In this document: positions 36,397 through 47,914 of the stretch, piece by piece
Layout of the letters: each line of letters begins with the position of its first letter
Numbering within the stretch: position 1 is the stretch's first letter
Assembly: GCA_011109175.1 (NCBI GenBank)
Contig: RDEW01000009.1
Location: forward strand, 764,875 to 828,874
Direction: 5' to 3'
DNA from: Dicyema japonicum
Taxonomy: Eukaryota; Animalia; Dicyemida
DNA length: 64,000 nucleotides
Program-made: the position numbers and the translations under genes
The notes under the pieces: generated by a model
The model's input: the letters and a program-made list of their open reading frames with translations, nothing else
Databases searched by the model: none
What the model was told of the DNA's origin: nothing

Positions 36397-37775
36397 CACA
36401 ACGAAGAAGCGTGAATAGTAGTTTTAGATAACCGTTATCTTTAAAAAAATTATTTATTATTTTAATTAATTATTTTATAAATTAATTAACAATGAGTCTT
36501 TATAAAAATTTGTTTTTATGACGTCAAAAATGTTTGTAAATTGTAACTAAGAACATTTGAGAACTCTACGGAGTGTGTCAATGTAAAATTCATGTCATAA
36601 AGGAAAAATTGAACAGTCAGAAATATATAGACTTATTTCCATTTTTTCAGAGTCAGATTTTAAATATACTTCCTTCTTTATTTGGTTCCTTCTTATGAGA
36701 TTGCCACTCAAAAAGGCAAATTATTTTTTAAAGAAACTCCCCATCGTTGAAGTAATGAGAAATGAACCTCATCTACGTTGGTGGAGAAAAATCTAACTTA
36801 ACCGCATTTTTTGTCATTTTACTTAAACCAAAAAAAGCTAAAATTAACCTTCAATGATAAATTAGTAAGCAGATCGATCAAGTGTAATCATTCTTATGAT
36901 TTTTATTTAAGACGCTTAATCAGCCACCCCTCTTTTTGACTCTCTTTTTCCTTTTTGGCATCAGGGATCCGATGACCCGCAAGAAGTAAAACAATTTGAG
37001 GTTGTGACTGAAAATTGTTTTAAAAAAATTTGTTAAAATATTTTCGATGAATAATTTATTACGTAACAAAACAATCAAAGTTTCCACCTGAGGTAATTGG
37101 GTGGCTGTTTCCCCTGACAACTACCAGAGAAATCCTTTGGAACAGTTATTTCAATTGTGTATTAATCTTCTGTCAGATTAAAGATAGTTTAAACTTTATT
37201 CATCAATATTTTTTGTTTAATTTAAGGATAAAATAAAGTTTTCTGCCATAAATTAATGAAAATGGGTTATAGAAAGATACGAAGCATGGAAACCGAGACC
37301 ACTTCATTGGCCGCAAACTCTTATCTTCTACCTTGCGATCCACACAGAGGTCCAGATTGATTCCCGATATCAACTGAGATTAACTGATGGAGCCACTGGG
37401 TTGTACGAACTTCATGGCTTCAGTCTTTTGAAACATAAAAAAATATCCTGCTTATTATTTCAGTTGTCTCGACAGCAATTAGGCGAAATGTGAACCCGCA
37501 ATATGGGGCCTAGCCGTGAGGCGAACCCATAACCTCTTAAACTTGAAGAGAGAATCATACTCCAATAAATAAAGTAAGATTTAAAAATCAAACTTTTTAT
37601 AACTGAAAAATTAAATTACTAACCTTCAACTAAATGACCTGCTTTCAACTCGAATTGTGCTTAAATTGACGGATTGACAGTTTTCGTCAATTCTTTTGAA
37701 GTTAAGTCTGTTTTGCCCGTGGTCATAAAAATCAAATAATTTTTAATTAATCGTTATTATTACTATCATTTCCCT

Positions 37776-38950
37776 TCAGCTTAATCTCCTCCTCTTTGCC
37801 CCTTGGGCGATGTCGATATTTAAATCACTCAGACAGAAGAATAGAACTCCATGTAGCTGCTTTTTCTTAATTTCTTCAATTAGCCAGTTCTTTAATAGGG
37901 CGGGACTGAAAATATCAGGCTTTTGAGCTTTATATTTTTGGCATAGAAATTCTGCGATTATGGCCATGTGTGTTTTCTTTGATTTGATGACCCGCGGAAT
38001 CTCCGACTTCCTCAAACAATAACTCGACTTCTTTTCAAAGTCTCGTAGGAATTGGAGTAGCATCCATTCGATTTTATGTGTAATAGATTCCAATCCCCTT
38101 CCAAGTTGGTTTCTTGGCATATAAAGTCTTTCTTTATTCGCTAATTTCAGGTGAATCCGATGATTCACAAGGATTTTGCGTATGCTTTTGTCAATCAGTT
38201 CATATTCAGTTGGTTCGATGTCAATTAGTCCGATGTAATAGTCATACAACGATAGGACATGTTCGTTTATAGCTTTAAACAAGTTCACTGAGTTTAATTT
38301 TGACTTGGCCAGCCAGGTTGCCAGCTTGGAAGAAAGTATTAATTTTGTTCATCATTTTTATTCTAGTTTCCTCCTTTTGAGAAAATATTTTTAAGTCGTC
38401 CATAAACAGTAAGTGATTTGTTTCGTATGAAATAGAGCCTTTGCCTGGGTTATCCATAACCACTTTTGGGTATTTCGCATTTAAATTTTACTCATTGAGT
38501 ACAAATATTTGCGGTGACAGAGTCATCCTGCAGAATTCCCCTTTCACTCTGAATTCCCTAATTTGTTTCCGATTGAAATTTCAATTTAATTTTCCACCTC
38601 GTGATCAAGTTCTTTACAAAAGTCACAATCAAGTAAAGGAGTCCGGAGTTATTGAGTACCCGATAGAAAAAGTCATGATTTACCAAATCGAAGCCCTATT
38701 TAACGTCTATCCACGCGGTGGCCGAATTATTTTCGTTCTGCTGGTTGATGCATTGATTTAATAGTGTTCCAGTTGATTGTCACTGATCAGATGCTATGCA
38801 TATAGTCTGATAATTGTCTGTTCACACACTTTGTAGCCAACTTGTATAGATTGGGCATACATGTAATCGGTCTTAGGTCCTTTGGGGTATGGCACACGTC
38901 TTTCTTAGGGTTCTAGGTAAATTTATCGCGGGGTAAATTCAAGCGACCAC
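37776..38950 (-). mobile_element. Degenerate R4-like retrotransposon
   Basis: DLRPITCMPNLYKL, TNHLLFMDDLK, NKERLYMPRNQLGRGL. Confidence 0.85.
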
Positions 38951-39113
38951 GTGGGTGGGTTCTTGAAAGAAGAGGTCGAATTTTTGATTTTTTTATATTA
39001 TCAATAAAATGCGATTTTTGGAGATTAATTTGACTATATCAGTCACCAGGTGAACAGCAGCGAGAATCGAACCCGTAACCTAAACCACTTTAGCCCCACA
39101 CCTAACCAAACCA

Positions 39114-39900
39114 CTAACCACTAAGCCAATCGTTTCGTGTTTGCAATTCTTTAAGGGAAAAGACCGAAGTCCCTGTCCCAACCACTGCTTCATCCTTCCA
39201 CGGGATGTCCACCGAATCATATCCTTCCATACTATAATATCTTCCGTATTTCATTTTCGTCTCGTTGACTACCAAGACATCAACCTTGGTATTCTTCGCA
39301 AGTAGGGCTAGTTCATCATGCCTTTTCACCAAGGAGCGGGCATTCAAGTACTTTTTCATAATTTTTGATGGTGGCTTGCGCTCTCCACAGCCAGGTCCAC
39401 CAAATTCCGTAAATCCACTTTCAACAATGTACATAGCTTGTTCAGACGTGCGATTATTTCACTTAACTCCCGAAATACCGTCTCGGAAACTTCTGCCTTC
39501 CTCTGCTTAAGTTCCCGTGTAGCACTCCGCTCCATCGGCCCATCCTGAATATGTGATATATTGGTCCTCTTCATCTCTTGTGTTGGCTTGACTGCTTCCT
39601 TTCCTGACTCTGTCTTTATGGGGATCATTTTCTTGGATGCCTCCTTCATAGCAGGACATTTTCTATATCGGGCATTATGTCATGGTCCTCCACAATTAAT
39701 ACAATTTGTCTTCACGTCTGGAGAAAATTCACACACAACAAGGTCGTGTTCCCCTCCACATTTGAGGCGCCTCTTATTCTTGCAATGCGCGGCGATATGA
39801 CCAATTCGTTTACAGTTTTAGCAGATAGGAGGGGGCCTCCTCATCCATTCACAGGAGACTAGGTCTCGAGCAATGAACAGTCCATTCCTGACTAGGGAGG
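39114..39900 (-). mobile_element. Jockey/I-group LINE 5' portion (ORF1 zinc knuckles and APE start)
   Basis: KCGGEHDLVVC...NCINCGG.H...KCP (CCHC knuckles) and YLNARSL...DVLVVNETK (APE). Confidence 0.75.
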
Positions 39901-39943
39901 TCGCCTCAGTCCTGGATGTAATTGTGACTTTCGTCACAGAGAG

Positions 39944-39979
39944 TACAAAAGAATTCAAGGGCATTATCACCACATTACA
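39944..39979. repeat. 36-bp direct repeat, copy A (copy B at 41708-41743)
   Basis: TACAAAAGAATTCAAGGGCATTATCACCACATTACA versus TACAAAAGAATTCAAGGACATTATCACCAGATTATA (33/36). Confidence 0.85.
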
Positions 39980-39981
39980 AA

Positions 39982-40711
39982 AGTCTTTTTCTATTATTCC
40001 ATGCTGAGATATTCAAGCAGAATGCTTGCCTTAAGCACTCTATTTTGTTCAAGGTAAAGCCATAGACTAACTACAGCAATGGCCTACTTGCATGTATTAC
40101 ACACAAGCAAACCGAGATCCAACTACGAGCTTTTCAACTGCAGCAACTTTAGTATACACTATTGGAACTGGAATTGCCGCGGCTGCTGGCACCAGACTTG
40201 CCCTCCAATTGCCTTCATTAAAGCTTTTACGATTATTTCATTACGATCTCTGAACAAATGCCCAGATCCGTTATTTATCATCACTATCTCTTTATGCCAA
40301 AAGTGGATAATTTTCGCACCTGCTGCAATCCATAGATCTGGCAGCCATTTCTCATGCTCCCTCTCCGGAATCGAACCCTGATTCCCCGTTACCCGTTGTA
40401 ACCACGGTAAGCCACTACCTCACCGTCAACAATTGATGGGGCGGACATCTAATTGATATGTCACCGGATATCCCGGTGATCAGCAAATTTATCCAGAGTC
40501 AACTAATTCTAATAATTGCGCTTTAATAAGCTTTACGCATGTATTAGCTCTAGATTTACAACAGTTATCCACCGTCGTTTGACATTATCAAGTAAGTTAT
40601 GTCCGATTTAATGAGCCGTTCGCGGTCTCGCTCATTAGAGAGCATGAACTTACACTTGCATGGCTTAATCTGTAAGATAAGCATATGACTACTGGCAGGA
40701 TCAACCAGCTA
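39982..40711 (-). rRNA. 18S rRNA 5' fragment (about 730 nt, truncated; probable pseudogene/orphon)
   Basis: Starts TAGCTGGTTGATCCTGCCAGTAGTCATATGC. Contains GGGTTCGATTCCGGAGAGGGAGC, GGAGGGCAAGTCTGGTGCCAGCAGCCGCGG and GCATGGAATAAT, then breaks off. There are substitutions in normally invariant positions (CGCGGCAATTCCAGTT). No 5.8S or 28S is present. Confidence 0.95.
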
Positions 40712-40808
40712 GAATTTTCGTTGGCGCTGGTTTCAAGTCCATTGTTGCTGGTGCCACGACCGTTGACGCTACTTACGTTTCCGCAAGTCGAAAGAGTTTC
40801 AATGCCAA

Positions 40809-41560
40809 GATACACAATACAAGGCCATATTACAAGACGATCTAAAGATACACATTACAAGGGCCATATTACAAGACACATTGGTGCTGCTTTCATGTGA
40901 AGACACATATCACAAGGGCCATTTTGCAAGACGATCCGTAGATACACATTACAATACTACAAAACGAAGGAACCTATTCACTCTGAGTGAATCTCCTAAA
41001 GCCAAATAAACATATTACAAACGAATGAACCCATTACATGGTGGAGAAACATATCAGAAGTCGGAAGGATATGTTCACAATTACGAAGGAACCCATTATA
41101 CTATGGAGAAGCATATCAAGTCGGAAGGATTATTCACAATTACGAAGAAACCTATTGAAAGGGCAGTAGACGAAGGGTCAAAATCTCTGGATATTTTCCA
41201 AGTTGGACCTGGTACCCACAACAATTGAATCCCTACATTCGAATCCGGGTCTACACGGAACATTGTCATCGTGCAGACTTTGATCCCTACAGGACCTGGG
41301 ATTATCGTAGATGTACATACTAGAGTTGGGACCTACTGGGGGGTACCCATACCAAATGTTCCCTACATTCGAATTGGGTTCTACGCAAGACTTTGTTAAC
41401 CACATTATTGGTCCTAGAAGGCGGCTTGGGACTACTGTGGAAAAAAACATACTGGGGAAAGGACCTACTAAGGGAGAATTAACTGGAGATGGGATTACTA
41501 GCTTTGTACCTACTACGCTCTGGATATAAGGGCAGGATTCATGGGATCCAACACTAGGAC
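40809..41560. repeat. Three nested subrepeat arrays upstream of the 18S (ETS/IGS-like)
   Basis: About 39-nt unit x3.5 (AGATACACATTACAAGGGCCATATTACAAGAC); about 62-nt unit x2-3 (AACCCATTA..GGAGAA.CATATCA.AAGTCGGAAGGAT..TTCACAATTACGAAG); about 125-nt unit x2 (GGTACCCA...TCCCTACATTCGAAT). Confidence 0.7.
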
Positions 41561-42759
41561 GATATTCAACCAACGATAGAAGATAACTAAATGGAGTGTG
41601 GATACATCGGAAGTGTCCAGGCCGCATAGGCGGACACGTATAAATATCCTAAAAATAACTCCTTACTTACTTTGGAATAAATTTGGTTTCGTTTCGTTTC
41701 GTTTCATTACAAAAGAATTCAAGGACATTATCACCAGATTATAAGCTACCTCATCAGTTAAAAGAAACACAATTACATGCAACCATTACTCTTGTGTTAA
41801 AGATAGAGATGAATACTGTCTTCAGCACTAAAGAAAACTGGCCAATTTATGGTTCAATCGTCGTATATATCTGTTAGTAAAAGATGAATACTGACAATGA
41901 GTTATTTATTTTATTATTTGTTAGCCACAGGGTACAATCTTTGGTAAGCCCTAGCCAAAACAGTCATAGGTAATTAATCAAGGGAAAACGTCTGCTTGTG
42001 ACGATCAAATTAATCCCCCAATAATACATTGCAGGCTTACGTCAATTTCAGAATGAAACATACGAGAGCCTCTTTCTGGAAGTCAGACCAACTAAATCAG
42101 ACATAACGCTTTGCTCTCTGGGCTAGTCGACAATATCGAACTGCTTAGTCACTTATAACTTAAGAAGTGACTACAATGTATTCTTTTGAAGAAGATCAAG
42201 AAAGAAACCTTAGCTGGGAGAAGATTTCCAAAGCACTTCACTACAAACGTGCAGCCTGGAATCTTTACCGTACATTTACTGACAGTCTAATGCAGTACCT
42301 TTACCTGGATGACTGTATTTCCATAGACAGAACATTCGCTTATGTCAACTGCACTATATGGATGCGAGATCATTATCTGTGTCTAAACGCCATCTTAACT
42401 ACTCCAGGTAATATGGCAAGTCGGCCTTAGTTAAAAAAGAATTTTACAAAAAAAGTCTGTTTGATTCGTCTCTTGGAAACAACAGACTGAACATCGTTAC
42501 TTCTCAAGGTCCAGACATAGTTGGTGCCTCTTCGACCAGTTATTAATGTCCCTGGCGTTAAAATTGAGGGTGGAAAACCAATAAGACTCATTAAAACACG
42601 TATTCGACATGAATGCAATATGTAAATAAAATTCCTTTCAGCAACCATTCTATTGTTTCTCCATCCTTTGAGGTTTTTAATATGAATTTTTAATCAGTTT
42701 TTTTAATTAAAAATTTAATTGTTAAACGGATTGTTTTATTAGAGATTTATACTACGTTG

Positions 42760-43260
42760 TTGAACGACGCAGATATGAAATCTTCATAGGAAACCATTTC
42801 CTCGTCCTGCGCTCAACCACCATACTTTCTAAAGTTTTTTCAAGACGACTGATTCGATGTAAGTCCTCTTAGCTTCTTCAATGGATACTCTATCCACTAT
42901 AATACTTTCACATGCTTGACATGGTTGTCCAGGACAAGCAAAGATATCTCTAACTTCTCTCCCAGGCAGAGACGGATGATATCACATTATAAACGAGAAA
43001 GTTCCACTTTGACGACTCTCGGAAGAGGCAGTTCTTAAGCGTAATCTCAGGAGGTATGCGCTCCTGTATCTTGTTCTCTTCAAGGGTTCATATGGCACCC
43101 GAGACACAAAGTCATGTATACTTTTGGTCTTCTGCCAGATATGGGATTTTTCTGATTTCTTTGGAGATCAGTGAATGTGTCTGCGGTTAGTGGATTCAAG
43201 TAATGGAAAAGTTGAGTGTTTTGGGTCAAGCGATTGTCTGAGGATTTTCTCATAGTCAAA
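42760..43260 (-). mobile_element. R4-like C-terminal remnant
   Basis: YIESVVLKK.LESMVVE, matching the endonuclease tail of the other R4-like copies. Heavily degenerate. Confidence 0.55.
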
Positions 43261-43401
43261 TCAGAAAATTACGTTAAAGGTTAAAATTATGAATATTCTA
43301 ATTAAGATTTTTTAAATTAATTTCCGTATTTGAATTTTTTTGAAAATCTCTGAATTGAGAAATTACTATAAATATAAGTCGAATTTAACATTTTTGCGCA
43401 A

Positions 43402-44810
43402 ATGTCCTCACAGCTATTTGATGATCATAATTTAACCCAAAATATTAATAAATGCATCACAGATATGGGCTCTTGGGAAATATACAAAAGAGCATTGAAG
43501 AAAATTTTCCTAAACTCAGTGGAAAGTTTGACAAAAGCAATAAAAAATTCGTTCAGACACACATCGAAGATTCATATGATCTCACTCATGCAGACCATAC
43601 GAAAACTTTGGACATGGAAGAGCATAAGAAAGAAAAGAAAAACTTTAATAGAATCATGAAGGAATATTCAGCTAGTCAAAAAAAAGAACAAAAAAGATTG
43701 AAAAAACAAAAAAAGTAGATAAAGTGATGGCAAATATATATTATCGTGAGTGGGAAAAAGATATGGAATACATCAACAGAGATACAGTCGATGATCCGAG
43801 ATATCGTGATGCAGTAGACAGAATCCAGTAATCCAGAATAAAGGAAAACGCAACTCATTACTGGTCGAATCAAGAAAGGGAATTTTGTCGGAAGTAATAT
43901 ATTGTAAGAGATCCTCTACCAACTTTGGATGAGTTAAAAAAATTCTGATATCGCTTTTGACGACTCACAAGTTAAGAAACCGTTAGTCTTTAACATTAAT
44001 CGTAGAAAAAATAATAATTTGAGCCCCCACGCAGGGAAAACGAGAAAATTTACTAACAGGAAACAAACGACTAATACCTTAAACAGAGAATTCTCAAAAC
44101 TGAACCAACGTTTGATATTAAATTTAAATTTAGGACTCCAAAACGAACCACTAAAATTGTCACCACAACCAGAGCCCCTACTACTGAGCGTTTCATGTCG
44201 AATGAGTATAATTTATTGTTAATTTTATAAAGATTCGACGAGATTTCTATGAGAAAGTCATATGTTAATAAAGAATTTTACCAGAAATGTATAAATTAGG
44301 ATTTTTATTAGGAAGTCAGAGGACCGATTACAGTAGTTATTTCTCAGTCAAAGCAGTGGAAAGGTTCAGGTTACATGAAAACCGCTAAAACGACATCCCA
44401 GTCTAGAAGTTCGTCAATTCCTATGATCGCCACAATTTTGATTGGTATTCTAAATAACTATTTTAGCTCTTTTATCCGCGTATTTATTCCAACTGGAATG
44501 TACTTAATGAATAAAAATGAAGCGGGAATAAAGAAACATGCCACAATAAGTTTTGTCAACAACAATAATCAGCTTAAAGTCAATTTCGCTGAAGAAATTG
44601 CACCTGGTTGGTGGAATACAGAGATTTTGAAAATCAAAAAAAATTCATCATTGGTAACAACAAGACCAAGTTGGAGAGTTCGGGTGGACAAGTTATTTGA
44701 TCAAGAACCCTAATGAAAAGAACATTTACAACCTGTACGAAAGTTTTACAGGAGATATTAACGACTACAAAGTCGAGGACCTTGCCATAGTCACCTTCAC
44801 TAATAGATTA
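43402..44810 (+). CDS. Hypothetical protein-coding region, no homologue recognised
   Basis: Successive open frames (43402, 43452, 44019, 44375) with short GT-AG gaps such as GTATAAATTAGGATTTTTATTAG; Lys/Glu-rich. Could be one gene or two. Confidence 0.3.
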
Positions 44811-45469
44811 CTTAATTAGTCTTAAGTTTAAATTATTAGTCTTAATTTAAAAATTTAAAAAAATAGTCAGTTTGTCAGGTTAACATGTGACATTAATAAT
44901 TTTGGGATAACACGGCGAAATTCGAGTCGTTTGGGATTCACTTTGAGAAAAGGCGATCTTTACTAAAATGATTTAATTTGTGCTCAGCGTAAAATTAATC
45001 TAAACGATTTAATTACTTCAATGGATTTAAGAGTCAACTAACTATCATCACTACGAAATATCGTAAATTGTAGCCCTTGCTCTTATAGAAAGTTATTTTT
45101 TCTTCAAAAATAAAATTTTTAGCTAATTTCATTAAACGATTTCTTTCTCGTTTTGAGATGTTTAACTCATTTTTCATTTCTTTTAATTTTTTCCAAGGTT
45201 TCTCTTAAAATTTGTACAGGACGCACAAAGAAGACCAAGAGCTTCATGAATACAAGACCAGGTTGAACGGTTGTTTAAAATTTATTGTTACTATTGTAGA
45301 TTAAATCAAAGCACTAAAAGATGGAGTCATTCAGATCATTGCTTTGGATGATATTGTGATAGTATACAGGACATTATTTACGACTACAATAATTCAATCC
45401 ACAACACCTCATAGAAAATTCATTAATTACTCTTATGGGAATTGAATATCCTCTCTATGGAATATCCTC

Positions 45470-47740
45470 ACTATGGTAATAGCCGAGATCTTTACTTGTG
45501 TTATTACAGCGTATTCTCCCACATCGTCCGGAAAGGAAATCAGAGAAACAAAGTTTAATGCTCTAATAATTTCCATCGGAGAGATCTTTATTGATAAGAA
45601 AGTCCTCGAGTCAACATCAAACGCTTTCTGCATGTCAATGAAAATTGAATTCATAAGGAATGAACTGGGAAATGCTGTCCAATTGATGTTGATCTTAAAA
45701 CCAATTTCTGAATTTTCATTGGTAGAACATGGAAAATTAGCATTCAAAAAAGTCCCTAATACTTTCGAGAGAGCATATGATAGTGAGAAGGGTCTATATG
45801 GGCCAGGTCATCGTAGGTTTCCTTAGATTTAGAAATATTGTAATTAGGGAGTTTTTTTAAATGCTCAAAAAAATGTAGGTGATCATTTCCTGAGGACTTT
45901 GACGTTTAAAGTGAAACGTGGACACTATGAGTCACGTGAATAGAAGGCAATCAATTTATCCAAGTGGACAGTAGTGAGGAAGGTAATCAGTGTCATAGTT
46001 CTTCCAAAAGTTCATCAAACGGGGAAGAGTAGCCCCTCAATGCTCGTCATTTTTGCCACAAATTAGTTTTGGGTAATTTTAGTTAAGTTGTGTTTATTTC
46101 TGCTCGGGATCCTTTACAAATTCTCAAAAAAACCAAATTTTTGTATTTTTTTCGATAGTAACAACAGTTTCTACATTTTATGAAAGACTAAGATTCTGTT
46201 GACTTTGATAACATTTGGGCGACCTATACTGAGAATGATAGTCTTTTTCCTTCATCAATGATTCTGGTCTCACCTTTGTGGTGTGCTAATTTTAGTTGGT
46301 AAAATTTTGTATTTCCAAATTACCCCTCTTAAACTGGTTTTCAAGTCCGCGTTGGACTACGAAGTCAAAAAAATAAAGTCATTTTTTCTGATTCAACACC
46401 ATGTGGTCATTCTCACTGCTACGAAGTTGTTATATTAAAGTTCTTCTAGCATCGATATCATCAACATTTACAACGGCCACGTGGTCTACATTCACGAGTT
46501 AGACGATGAGGTGTCTCCGTATATGGAATCTCGAACATGATACACAGCAATAGTATTTGGCTAGCAAGCGAAAGGAACGTTTTTCGTTTCCGTTGTGTAA
46601 ATGTAAGGTGACAAATGGTATTATTTTAGGAAAGTGTTGGACATTTTGGTTGAGCTACATCAGTTTAAAAAACTCTCTTTTATGCTCATGTAAGTTTGAT
46701 AGTGACAAATGAAGGAGCGCTCTGACGACTATTTCATTACGCGGAATATTTTTTTATGATCAACCAAGTGGCTCTGGTTAAAAACGTGAACAAATTCTTC
46801 CTTTTAGCGGGAACTTTGATGCACGGAACTCAGATTCGTGGAATTTGGCGACCAATTTGTTTTTGAAAACCTTTCTGACTATTCATGCAGAAGCTTCAGG
46901 AATTCTATTCTTGTTTACAAAAACCTGGGAAAAAATCAAGGAGATACTCTTCGAACTTATCCACAGCCAGACGAGATGTCTGTGCTACTCTTCCTGCTCT
47001 TCCACCTGAAAGGCATTGCTATCATTCATTTTGGATTGCTCATGAACCTGTACATCCGCCAGAGGGACTACTTTAATTTATTACAACTTATCGATAAGCC
47101 AGTTTTGATATTTTGACAATCCACAGGAACTGGTCCATTGTTTGTTTGCTAAAGTAGCTCCTAGGTTAGTCCAAAATGTCCCCGAATTATTTTTTGAGGC
47201 GGTAGTCAAGTATTTGAACCTATAACTGACCCTGAGTTGGTTTCCGCTTTTGTGTCCGCAAATACGATGGAAAGCCAAATTCTGATTTTTTGGATTTGAA
47301 AACTCAGAGACTCCACGCTCTTAGGTTCCTGAAGATAGTTGACTGGCGAGACGGTTCTGTACACGACTGTCACTCCTGCTGGAACACGATCCTTAATCAT
47401 CGATGGACTATCTAATCACTCAGAATACTTAGGAAAATGGAAAACTGGCGTATAATGTGAGGAAAGCTTTCTCTCTGTGCCCCCATTCTAAACATTTAGA
47501 GGCCGCCTGCTACCTCTATGATATTCAGGGACTTTACCAGAACGCAGTGCTGATTTCCTTAGAGGCAAAGAGACTGGACAAGGTCATCGCAATCGCTCGG
47601 TGGCTAGGATGAGTGATGACCGGAACTTAAGAGATACACAATAGTTGATATGAAATGTGGAATCTGCACATTGGAAAGTGAGTTGGGTAAACGTCTAGAA
47701 GGGCTATATCTATCACGTCTATTTATAATTGAATATGATT
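45470..47740 (+). CDS. VPS18: VPS18/Pep3 (HOPS/CORVET subunit) homologue, C-terminal RING region absent; possibly a pseudogene
   Basis: Collinear matches to recalled VPS18 segments: INLSKW, QHHVVILTAT.IDIINIYNGHVV, SIWLASERNVFRF, LFAKVAPRLVQNVPELFFEAVVK, YNVRKAFSLCPHSKHLEAACYLYDIQGLYQNAVLISL. Several indels; start uncertain. Confidence 0.65.
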
Positions 47741-47778
47741 GATTAATGTATTAAAAAGATTTTTAAAAAATAAAAATA

Positions 47779-47880
47779 CAGTAAAGTCTCTCGAATCCGC
47801 CAATTATAACTAATAAATTTCTAATCCACCATTTTTTCTAACAAAAATTTCTCAATCCGCCATGTCTCTTAATTTAAATA
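47779..47880 (+). mobile_element. Left arm of a Tigger-family MITE
   Basis: TA-CAGTAAAGTCTCTCGAATCCGCC matches the 26376 MITE TIR. No right TIR was found. Confidence 0.6.
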
Positions 47881-47914
47881 ATTTTTAAAATAATTTTATA
47901 GGTAAATAATAAAA

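Noticed and set aside
36876-36886. GATCAAGTGTA match to the U2 snRNA branch-recognition region
   Set aside because: Only 11 nt match, the invariant GTAGTA is broken, and no flanking U2 stems or Sm site are seen.
40809-41560. Repeat arrays as CRISPR-like repeat-spacer structures
   Set aside because: The units are tandem and degenerate without unique spacers, there are no cas genes, and the context is eukaryotic rDNA spacer.
44941-44962. U5 loop-1-like TCGCCTTTT on the minus strand
   Set aside because: The invariant GCCUUUUAC is not matched and the closing stem is absent.
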